DNA of 64,000 nt from an uncultured Verrucomicrobiota bacterium (GTDB lineage: Bacteria > Verrucomicrobiota > Verrucomicrobiia > Limisphaerales > UBA9464): positions 16,170-80,169 of the forward strand of contig CAZGIK010000004.1 in NCBI GenBank assembly GCA_964525755.1, written 5' to 3'. Below the pieces are notes generated by a model, which did no database searches, was not told where the DNA came from, and saw only the letters and a list, made by a program, of their open reading frames with translations. Below are positions 36,401 to 44,289 of this stretch, piece by piece (positions within the stretch are counted from its first letter, which is position 1; the number at the start of each line of letters is the position of its first letter). Made by a program: the position numbers and the translations under genes.

Positions 36401-37843
36401 TCAGGTCAGGATCTCGTGCATCACCTCGCCGTGGACATCGGTGAGGCGCATGTCGCGGCCGCCGAACCGGAAGGTGAGGCGGGTGTGGTCGAGGCCCAGC
36501 AGGTGCAGGATCGTGGCGTGGAGGTCGTGCACGGTGACCCGGTTCTCAACCGCCTTGTAGCCGTACTCGTCGGTTGCCCCGAACACCGTCCCCCCCTGCA
36601 CCCCGCCCCCGGCCAGCCAGATGGAGAAGGCGTACGGGTTGTGGTCCCGGCCATCGCTGCCCTGGGCGAACGGGGTCCGGCCGAACTCGCCGGCCCACAC
36701 CACCAGGGTGGAGTCGAGCAGGCCGCGCGACCGCAGGTCGCGCAGGAGACCGGCGATGGGCTGGTCGACGAACCGCGCGTTCTTCTCGTGTCCGTCCTTC
36801 AGGTTGCTGTGCTGGTCCCAGCGGTCGCCACCGCCCGCCGGACAGGTCAGCTCGACGAACCGCACCCCCCGCTCCACCAGCCGCCGCGCCAGGAGGCACT
36901 GGGTGCCGAAGGTCCGGGTCTGCTCGACCGGGGCGTCGAGCCCGTAGAGCGCCCGGGTGGCGGCGGACTCGCCGTCGACCGCCAGCAGTTCGGGCACCGC
37001 GGACTGCATCCGGTAGGCCAGCTCGTAGTTGGCGATGGCGCTCTCCAGCGCATCGATCCGGCCCAGCCGGCCGACCACCCCGCGGTCCAGGCGGCGCATG
37101 AGGTCGAGCTTGGCCGACTGCATCCCGGGCCCGGGTTCGGTCGGCTGGATGTTGGCCACGGGATGGGCTCCCGGCTTGAACACCGAGCCCTGGAAGCTGG
37201 CGGGCAGGAATCCGCTGTTGAAGTTGTCGAGGCCGCCCGGCGGGACCAGGCCGCCGTTCAGCACCACGAACCCGGGCAGGTCCTCGTTCTCGTTCCCCAG
37301 CCCGTACCCGGTCCACGCCCCCATGCTCGGCCGGCCCTGGAGCCCGCTCCCGGTGTGCAGGAAGTAGTTGGCGCTGGTGTGCTCGGAGAACTCGCTCGTC
37401 ATCGAGCGCACCACCGCGAGTTCATCGGCACACCCCGCCAGATGCGGGAACAGGTCGCTGATCCACAGCCCGCTCCGGCCGTGCCGACGGAACTCCCACG
37501 GGGAGCCCAGGGTGTTGCCGTTGTTGTTGAACTGGGTGGGCTCCATCTTCATCGCGAACGGGCGCCCGTGCTCGGCCCGGAGCCGGGGCTTGGGATCGAA
37601 GGTGTCCACCTGCGACGGCCCGCCGTCCATGTAGAGGAAGATCACGCTGCGGGCCCGGGGCGCGAAATGGGGCCGACCCGGGCCCCCGCGCGCCGCGTCC
37701 GGTCCCGCGGCGGCCCGGGCCCGGAAGCCCCCCCGTTCGGCCAGCAGCGCCGCCAACGCCAGCGCCCCGAAGCCGTTGCCGGCCCGCGCCAGCATCTCGC
37801 GCCGCGTCAGCGGGCGCCCGGGATGGAATCGGTTCACAGGCAT
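36401..37843 (-). CDS. DUF1501 domain protein, Tat signal (paralog of 20387..21847)
   Basis: In-frame ATG at 37843 gives MPVNRFHPGRPLTRREMLARAGNGFGALALAALLA. Same conserved blocks as the paralog (DGGPSQVDTFD, VVRSMTSEFSEHT, WDQHS, GEFGRTP, GRDHNP, HDLHATILHLLGLDHTRLTF). Confidence 0.85.
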   Translation of the reverse strand: MPVNRFHPGRPLTRREMLARAGNGFGALALAALLAERGGFRARAAAGPDAARGGPGRPHFAPRARSVIFLYMDGGPSQVDTFDPKPRLRAEHGRPFAMKMEPTQFNNNGNTLGSPWEFRRHGRSGLWISDLFPHLAGCADELAVVRSMTSEFSEHTSANYFLHTGSGLQGRPSMGAWTGYGLGNENEDLPGFVVLNGGLVPPGGLDNFNSGFLPASFQGSVFKPGAHPVANIQPTEPGPGMQSAKLDLMRRLDRGVVGRLGRIDALESAIANYELAYRMQSAVPELLAVDGESAATRALYGLDAPVEQTRTFGTQCLLARRLVERGVRFVELTCPAGGGDRWDQHSNLKDGHEKNARFVDQPIAGLLRDLRSRGLLDSTLVVWAGEFGRTPFAQGSDGRDHNPYAFSIWLAGGGVQGGTVFGATDEYGYKAVENRVTVHDLHATILHLLGLDHTRLTFRFGGRDMRLTDVHGEVMHEILT

Positions 37844-37848
37844 AGCGG

Positions 37849-40800
37849 TCAGTTCCGGTAGATGAATTCCTTCACGTTGAACAGCACGTGCGCCAGGTCG
37901 GCCCACACCCGGACATCCCCGGGGCCGTCGACCCCGAGCCGGGCCGCCTGGGAACCGAGGAAGGCCAGTGCCGCCTCCCGCTCCTCCGGTCCGGGGTCCC
38001 GGGCGAACGCCGCCCGGTACATCGCATCCACCCGGTCGGCGGGCGGGACGTCCGACGGCAACCGCGCCGCCCAGTGCCGGGCCAGGTCGGCCACGAAGGG
38101 GTCGTTCATCAGGATCAGCGCCTGCGACGGGACGTTGGACACGTTCCGACGGCCGACGGCGTTGAAGGGGATCGGCAGGTCGAACGCGAGCAGCATGGGC
38201 GGCAGGAAATTGCGGCGCAGCTCGAGATAGAGGCTCCGGCGCCCCGCCCCGTCGGCCGGCCCGCTCTGACCCGGACGTCCCCGGCCCTCCATGAACGGCG
38301 TCAGGTGCACCGGGACGCTCGCCCCCCCGACCGCCGGGTCGAGCCGCCCGGACACCGCCAGCAGGCTGTCACGGATCGCCTCGGCCTCGAGCCGGCGCAG
38401 GTTCATCCGGTGCAGGTGGATGTTCCCCGGGTCCGCCGCCTCGGTCTCGGTGTCCCCGGGGACGCTGGAACGGCGGTAGGCCCGGGTCAGGACGAGGGCG
38501 CGGACCAGGCGCTTGGTGGAGCCGCCCAGTTCGCCGGTAAACCGGAGGGCAAGGTGGTCGAGCAGTTCCGGATGGCTCGGGGGCTCGCCCAGCACCCCGA
38601 AGTTGTCGGTCGATGCGACCAGGCCCCGGCCGAAAAGGTGGTGCCACACCCGGTTGACCGCCACCCGGGCGGTGAGCGGATTGGAGGGGTCGGCGATGCG
38701 GTCCGCGAGTTCGAGCCGGCCGCTCCCCGACCGGATTGCTGCCGGACGGGGGCCGTCGATGGCCTCGAGGAAACGCCGCGGGGCGGGATCACCCGGCAGG
38801 CGGGTGGAGCCCCGCTTGAGAACCCGCTCGTCCACCCCGGGTCCGTCGAGCATGGCCGGGGCGGTGCGGGACGACCGGGGCACGGCGGCCAGCAGCGACT
38901 GGTGTTCCCGCGCCACCGGGGCCACGGCCGCGTCGTGCACCGCGCGCGCCGGACTCCCCGGAGGACACAGGAGGTCGAGGTGCCGCACCAGCCAGTCCGC
39001 ACGCCCCGGGTCGCCGGGCTCCCCGTCGGGCACCCCACCCTCCCGCGCCAGATGCATCGCCACCCGGACCAATCCGTCCACGACCTCCCGCGCCACCACC
39101 GCGCGGTCCGCATCCAGCCCGGCTCCCCCGCCGTCACCCGGGAGGGGCGGACGGACTTCGGCCTGCACCACGGCGGCGACCGCGAAGTCCCGGGTGTCCC
39201 GGGGACTGAACTCGACATGGAGCCGGTGTCCCCGGTAGGCGCCGAGGGAATGCGGGATCCAGGCCCATCCGCCGGCCGGGGCCTCCCACTCGTGCAGCAG
39301 GGCCCCGTGGAGCGGGCCGTTGACGATGAGGTGGGAGTTCACGACCGCGTAGGCCCGCCCCGCGCCGCGCACGAGATACCAGAGACGCGGGGCCCCCAGT
39401 TCGAAGTCGGCGGTCCGCAGCGTCTGGCCCGACCGCAGCCACCCGCCCAACCGGCCGGCGTCCTTGCCCGACTCGACCACCGCCAGGTCGGGCCACGCCG
39501 GATCCCGCCACGCAGCGGCCCACGGCGCCACCCCGGCCAGGAGCCGCCCGGGATCCGCGCCCCACAACACCTCGCCCGCCCGCCGCGGCCGGGTCCCGAA
39601 ACTGTGCCCGTCCTGCCGCCAGGCCCCGGAATCGGGACCGGTGAAATCGAGGACGAACGACGCGGGATCCGGTTCGGCGGTGGGGGCGGAACCATCGACC
39701 GGACCGTCGGACGCGAATCGGTGCCAGGGATTCCGCGGATCGCCGGCCGCCTGGGCGAGGACCTTCTCCCAGGCGACGGCCGGTGCCTCCGCCGGGCCGG
39801 TCCCCGCGGAGGCCCGGGCGGCAAGGGCCGAGGCCGCGGCGGATTCGAGTCCGGGGAGAACCGCGGTCCCGAGGGCCTTCAGCACCGCGGGCCCGTGCGC
39901 CTCCCGCCACGCCTCCAGACGGGTCGCCGCCTCCGCCTCGGCTTCCATCGTCTCATAGCGGACCTGTCGGTACCCGCTGCCCGCCAGGTAGCCGAGGAGG
40001 GCGTAGTAGTCCCGCTGGGAGATGGCGTCGAACTTGTGGTCATGGCACCGGGCGCAGCTGATGGTCAGCCCGAGGAACGCCTTGCCCATCACGTCGAGCC
40101 GGTTGTCGAGGCGGTCGGATTCGTCCTGCCGGATGTCCACCGGCGAGTGCACCTCCTCGCCGAGGAACCAGAACCCGGTGCCGAGGATCGACTCGTTGGC
40201 GCCGGTCACCGGGTCGCGGCGGGGCGGGATGAGGTCGCCGGCAATGTGCTCGCGGACGAACCGGTCGTGGGGAAGGTCGGCATTGAACGCGCGGACCACG
40301 TAGTCCCGGTACCGCCAGGCATTGGGGATGTCCGGGTCGAACTCATGCCCGCGTGTCTCGGCCCAGCGCACCAGGTCGAGCCAGTGCCGACCCCACCGCT
40401 CCCCGAAATGCGGCGAGGCGAGCAGGCGGTCGACCACCCGCGCATAGGCGTCGGGGGAGTCATCCGCCAGGAACGCCTCCAACTCGGCCGGCGTGGGCGG
40501 CAGGCCGATCAGGTCGAGGGTGACCCGACGCAGGAGCGTGGACTTCCCGGCCTCGGGCGCCGGCTGGAGGCCGCGATCGATCAGGCCCCGGAGGATGAAG
40601 CGGTCGACCGGGTCGAGGTCCTCCGCGCCGGGAACGACCGGCGGCGCCCCGTCGACCGGCGGCCGCCAGCACCAGTGGGCGTCGCGGCGCGCCTCCAGGT
40701 CGAAACCGCCGCCGGATGCCGCGGGGGCCACGACGGTCTCCGGCCACGCCGCACCGCGTCGGATCCACTCCTCCAGCACCGCCACCGCCTCGGCCGGCAG

Positions 40801-41139
40801 ACGGGTCTTGGGGGGCATCTGCAGTTCCTGGTTGTCGTACCGGACCGCCTCGATCAGCAGGCTGGCGCCGGGATCGCCGGGAACGACGGCCGGACGGGTC
40901 TCGCCCCCGGCCAGGAGATCCTCCCGGCTGTCGAGGTACAGCCCCCCCTTCTGCCTGCCCTCGGCGCGGCTGTGGCACCGGGCGCAATGCTCGGCCAGCA
41001 GCGGGCGCACCCGCGACTCGAAGTGCTCGATGTCGGCCGGGTCGAACGCGGCGGGCCGGCCCGGGACGGCGGCAACCACCAACCCAAGGCACCCGGCCAG
41101 GAGCATCACCCATCGGGGCAGGCTGTTGGGAATCGACAC
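37849..41139 (-). CDS. PSCyt / DUF1549 / DUF1553 protein (paralog of 21849..25007)
   Basis: Signal peptide. LLAEHCARCHS (CxxCH). YARVVDRLLASPHFGERWGRHWLDLVRWAET (DUF1549-like). SCARCHDHKFDA. NPLTARVAVNRVWHHLFGRGLV (DUF1553-like). Stop is 5 nt before the DUF1501 start. Confidence 0.85.
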   Translation of the reverse strand: MSIPNSLPRWVMLLAGCLGLVVAAVPGRPAAFDPADIEHFESRVRPLLAEHCARCHSRAEGRQKGGLYLDSREDLLAGGETRPAVVPGDPGASLLIEAVRYDNQELQMPPKTRLPAEAVAVLEEWIRRGAAWPETVVAPAASGGGFDLEARRDAHWCWRPPVDGAPPVVPGAEDLDPVDRFILRGLIDRGLQPAPEAGKSTLLRRVTLDLIGLPPTPAELEAFLADDSPDAYARVVDRLLASPHFGERWGRHWLDLVRWAETRGHEFDPDIPNAWRYRDYVVRAFNADLPHDRFVREHIAGDLIPPRRDPVTGANESILGTGFWFLGEEVHSPVDIRQDESDRLDNRLDVMGKAFLGLTISCARCHDHKFDAISQRDYYALLGYLAGSGYRQVRYETMEAEAEAATRLEAWREAHGPAVLKALGTAVLPGLESAAASALAARASAGTGPAEAPAVAWEKVLAQAAGDPRNPWHRFASDGPVDGSAPTAEPDPASFVLDFTGPDSGAWRQDGHSFGTRPRRAGEVLWGADPGRLLAGVAPWAAAWRDPAWPDLAVVESGKDAGRLGGWLRSGQTLRTADFELGAPRLWYLVRGAGRAYAVVNSHLIVNGPLHGALLHEWEAPAGGWAWIPHSLGAYRGHRLHVEFSPRDTRDFAVAAVVQAEVRPPLPGDGGGAGLDADRAVVAREVVDGLVRVAMHLAREGGVPDGEPGDPGRADWLVRHLDLLCPPGSPARAVHDAAVAPVAREHQSLLAAVPRSSRTAPAMLDGPGVDERVLKRGSTRLPGDPAPRRFLEAIDGPRPAAIRSGSGRLELADRIADPSNPLTARVAVNRVWHHLFGRGLVASTDNFGVLGEPPSHPELLDHLALRFTGELGGSTKRLVRALVLTRAYRRSSVPGDTETEAADPGNIHLHRMNLRRLEAEAIRDSLLAVSGRLDPAVGGASVPVHLTPFMEGRGRPGQSGPADGAGRRSLYLELRRNFLPPMLLAFDLPIPFNAVGRRNVSNVPSQALILMNDPFVADLARHWAARLPSDVPPADRVDAMYRAAFARDPGPEEREAALAFLGSQAARLGVDGPGDVRVWADLAHVLFNVKEFIYRN

Positions 41140-41255
41140 CCCGTCGACCTAGCATGCCGCCGACAGGGTGTCAGCGCCGGAATCCGGCCGAATCCGGCGG
41201 GTGCCCCCAAGGTTCCGGGTCGCCAGCGGCATCGGGTCGGGGTTTCACTGCGCGG

Positions 41256-42332
41256 ATGTCGACCGCCCCCGGCATCCGCCTGGCCCTCTTCACCGGAGTC
41301 GGCCTTCCGTTCGAGTTCCGGGAGATCCCGCCCCCCACGCCCGGTCCGGGCGAGGCCCTGGTGTCGATCTCCCTCGCCACGATCTGCGGGTCGGACCTGC
41401 ACACGGTCGACGGGCGTCGGACGGGGTCCGTGCCCTGTGTGCTGGGCCACGAGGCGGTCGGTCGGGTCGTCGCCGTCGGCCCCGGACGCGATCCGGAACT
41501 CCTCGGCCGCCGGGTGACGTGGTCCCTCGCCGACAGCTGCGGGCACTGTCGTCCCTGCCTCGACTGGGATCTGCCGCAGAAGTGCGGCCAACTCTTCAAG
41601 TACGGGCATGCCCCGGTGGGGAACGGCACCGGGCTGAACGGTTGCTACGCTTCCCACATCCTTCTCCGGGGCGGGACGGCGATCCTCCCGGTGCCCGACG
41701 TCCTCGCGGACGCGGTGGTCGCCCCGGCAAACTGCGCTCTCGCCACGATGGTCGCCGCGACGGAGCCGCTGTCGCGTGGCGGTGACTGCGCGCTGGTCCA
41801 GGGCGCGGGGCTTCTCGGGATCTACGGCTGCGCGCTGCTGAAGTCGATGGGCTGGAGGCGGGTCCTGGTGACCGACCGGCGGCCCGGACGCCTGGTGCAG
41901 GTGGCGGCGTTCGGCGGCGAGCCGGTTCCCGGGGAGGCGATGCCCGGGGTGGCCGCGGGCAGCGTCGACGCCGTGCTCGAGGTCACCGGCGATCCGGCGG
42001 TCGTCCCGGAAGGGCTCCGGGTGCTCCGGCCCGGCGGACACTACGGGTTTGTCGGCATGGTGCATCCCGGTTCGGCGCTCGACCTGACCGGGGAGCGGAT
42101 CGTGCGCCAGTGCCTCACCCTTCGCGGCACCCACAACTACGCCCCGCGCCACCTGGCAACGGCCCTCCGGTTCCTCGTCGACAGCGCGGCATCCCGGCCA
42201 TGGGCGTCCCTCGTCTCGACACCGGTCCCGCTCGAGTCCCTGGGGGCGGCATTCGACGACGCCCGCGCGGGGATTCATCCCCGGGTCGCCGTGGATCCCC
42301 GGGGCCGGCCGGAAACTGTTTCCGGATTGTGA
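41256..42332 (+). CDS. Zinc-dependent alcohol dehydrogenase (MDR family), phosphonate-catabolism-associated type
   Basis: In-frame ATG at 41256. Catalytic Zn ligands ICGSDLH .. GHEAVG. Structural Zn CGHCRPCLDWDLPQKC. Rossmann GAGLLG. Only the last 358 codons of track ORF 40716..42332 are used. Confidence 0.8.
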   Translation: MSTAPGIRLALFTGVGLPFEFREIPPPTPGPGEALVSISLATICGSDLHTVDGRRTGSVPCVLGHEAVGRVVAVGPGRDPELLGRRVTWSLADSCGHCRPCLDWDLPQKCGQLFKYGHAPVGNGTGLNGCYASHILLRGGTAILPVPDVLADAVVAPANCALATMVAATEPLSRGGDCALVQGAGLLGIYGCALLKSMGWRRVLVTDRRPGRLVQVAAFGGEPVPGEAMPGVAAGSVDAVLEVTGDPAVVPEGLRVLRPGGHYGFVGMVHPGSALDLTGERIVRQCLTLRGTHNYAPRHLATALRFLVDSAASRPWASLVSTPVPLESLGAAFDDARAGIHPRVAVDPRGRPETVSGL

Positions 42333-42369
42333 CTCCCACGGGACCCCGGGATGCGGCACGCTGCGGGGC

Positions 42370-42924
42370 ATGGCCACGACGGGAATTGTCGACGAGATCC
42401 TGCGGGTGTTCCGGGACCGCGGGCACCGCAGCTACGGGGAGCAGGTGACCGAGGCGCAGCACGCGCTCCAGTGCGCGACCTTCGCCGAGGCGGCCGGGGA
42501 GCCCCGCGAGGTGGTCGCCGCGTGTCTCCTGCACGACATCGGACATCTCCTGCACGACCTCGGCGAGGACATCGCGGAGCGGGGTGTCGACGCCCGGCAC
42601 GAACGGATCGGCGCCAACCGCCTCGAGGCGTGGTTCCCCCCCGCGGTCGTCGAACCCGTCCGCCTCCACGCCGAGTCCAAGCGCTACCTGTGCCACAAGG
42701 AACCGGGGTATCTCGACGGACTGTCCGAGGCATCCCGGCGCAGCCTGATGCTCCAGGGCGGCCCGATGTCCGACGAGGAGGCGGCCCGGTTCGAGTCGGG
42801 AGCCCACTACGACCATGCGGTCCGGGTGCGCCGCTACGACGACCGGGGCAAGATTCCCGACATGCCGGTGCCTGATTTCGAGTACTTCCGTCCGCTGCTC
42901 GAGTCGCTTGTCCGACCCGGATGA
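42370..42924 (+). CDS. phnZ: HD-domain mixed-valent diiron oxygenase, PhnZ-like (oxidative C-P bond cleavage family)
   Basis: Collinear with PhnZ as I recall it: QHALQCATFA, LLHDIGH, HERIGANRL, VRLHAESKRYL, LSEASRRSLMLQGGPM, RRYDDRGK. The His/Asp metal ligand positions all appear conserved. Confidence 0.8.
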   Translation: MATTGIVDEILRVFRDRGHRSYGEQVTEAQHALQCATFAEAAGEPREVVAACLLHDIGHLLHDLGEDIAERGVDARHERIGANRLEAWFPPAVVEPVRLHAESKRYLCHKEPGYLDGLSEASRRSLMLQGGPMSDEEAARFESGAHYDHAVRVRRYDDRGKIPDMPVPDFEYFRPLLESLVRPG

Positions 42925-42949
42925 CCCGTCCGGTCCGACCGCCGACGCC

Positions 42950-44281
42950 ATGGACGGATCCATTCCGACGAGCGGTCCGGGCGTCGCCGCCGCCCCGGCG
43001 CCGCCCGGCCGGGGCCGGGTCGCCCTCTGGGCCGTGGTGGCGGCGTTCGGCACCTATGCCTGCATGTACGGGCTGCGGAAGCCCTTCACCGCGGCGGGAT
43101 ACGGCGGGGGGGAATTCCCACCGGGGTTCAAGGCCTGGCTCATCACCTCCCAGGTGCTCGGCTACACGCTGTCGAAGTTCGTCGGCATCCCGGTGATCGC
43201 GGGCATGCCCCCCCGGCGACGGGCCGGGGTGCTCGTCGGACTGGTCTGCCTCGCCCAGGTCCCCCTCGTGGCCTTCGGATTCCTGCCGCCATCCGTCAGC
43301 TGGGCCTGCCTGTTCCTGAACGGGCTTCCCCTCGGGATGGTGTTCGGACTCGTGCTGGGATTCCTCGAGGGACGACGGATGACCGAGGCCCTGGTCGCCG
43401 GGCTGTGCGCCAGCTTCATCGTCGCCGACGGCCTGGCGAAATCCGCCGGGGCGGTGCTCCTGGAGCGGGGCGTGCCCGAGCACTGGATGCCCGCCGCGGC
43501 CGGGCTGGTGTTCCTGCCGCCGCTCCTGGGCTTCGTCTGGATGCTCTCCCGGATCCCGCCGCCCGATCCACGGGACGTCCACACACGCGCGCCCCGGACG
43601 CCGATGTCCCGCGGGGACCGGGTCCGCTGGCTCCGCCGCCACGGGATGGGCATCGGATGGATCATTGTCGGCTACCTGCTGGTGACCATCCTGCGCAGCC
43701 TGCGGGCCGATTTCGCCCCGGAGCTGTGGAACGCCCTCGGCAGCGACGGCAGGCCGGGGATCTTCACCCGGTCGGAACTCTGGGTCGCCCTCGCCGTGGT
43801 CGCCGCCAACGGCACCGCATCCCTCGTCGAGGACCACCGCCGCTCGTTCCTGCTGGCGATCGGCCTGTGTGTCGGCGGCCTGCTCCTCGGCCTCGCCGCC
43901 GTCGCCGGGCAACGCGCCGGACACCTCGACGCCTTCCCCTTCATGGTGCTGCTCGGCCTCGGCCTCTACCTGCCCTACGTCGCGGTCCACACCACCCTCT
44001 TCGAACGGCTCATCGCCATGAACCGGGACCCGGGCAACATCGGCTACCTGATGTACCTCGCCGACGCGTTCGGCTACCTCGGATACGTGGGGGTGATGGC
44101 GACGCGCCTGGTGGTCCGGCCGGACGGCGGGTTCCTCGGCTTCTTCCAGGCCACGGCGGCCGCCACCCTGGGCGTGGCCGTGCTGTCGTTCCTGCTGGCC
44201 GCGGGCAGCATCCTCCGGGGCGGCACGGGGTCCCCGGGGCATCCCGCCCGGCCGGACCCCGGACCGCAGCCCGCGGGCTGA
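42950..44281 (+). CDS. Polytopic membrane protein, MFS-like (possibly DUF5690 family); candidate phosphonate transporter
   Basis: In-frame ATG at 42950. About 12 hydrophobic segments over 443 aa (ALWAVVAAFGTYACMYG, WLITSQVLGYTLSKFVGIPVI, VLVGLVCLAQVPLVAFG, etc.). Starts 25 nt after phnZ. Confidence 0.65.
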   Translation: MDGSIPTSGPGVAAAPAPPGRGRVALWAVVAAFGTYACMYGLRKPFTAAGYGGGEFPPGFKAWLITSQVLGYTLSKFVGIPVIAGMPPRRRAGVLVGLVCLAQVPLVAFGFLPPSVSWACLFLNGLPLGMVFGLVLGFLEGRRMTEALVAGLCASFIVADGLAKSAGAVLLERGVPEHWMPAAAGLVFLPPLLGFVWMLSRIPPPDPRDVHTRAPRTPMSRGDRVRWLRRHGMGIGWIIVGYLLVTILRSLRADFAPELWNALGSDGRPGIFTRSELWVALAVVAANGTASLVEDHRRSFLLAIGLCVGGLLLGLAAVAGQRAGHLDAFPFMVLLGLGLYLPYVAVHTTLFERLIAMNRDPGNIGYLMYLADAFGYLGYVGVMATRLVVRPDGGFLGFFQATAAATLGVAVLSFLLAAGSILRGGTGSPGHPARPDPGPQPAG

Positions 44282-44289
44282 TCCGGGTC

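Noticed and set aside
41160-41255. Possible Pho box or operator in the spacer before the phosphonate-type genes (gacagggtgtcag; ccggaatccgg / ccgaatccgg repeats)
   Set aside because: The CTGTC-like half-sites do not have the 11-bp periodicity of PhoB boxes. The GAATCCGG duplication is short and GC-rich enough to be chance. There is not enough support to call a site.
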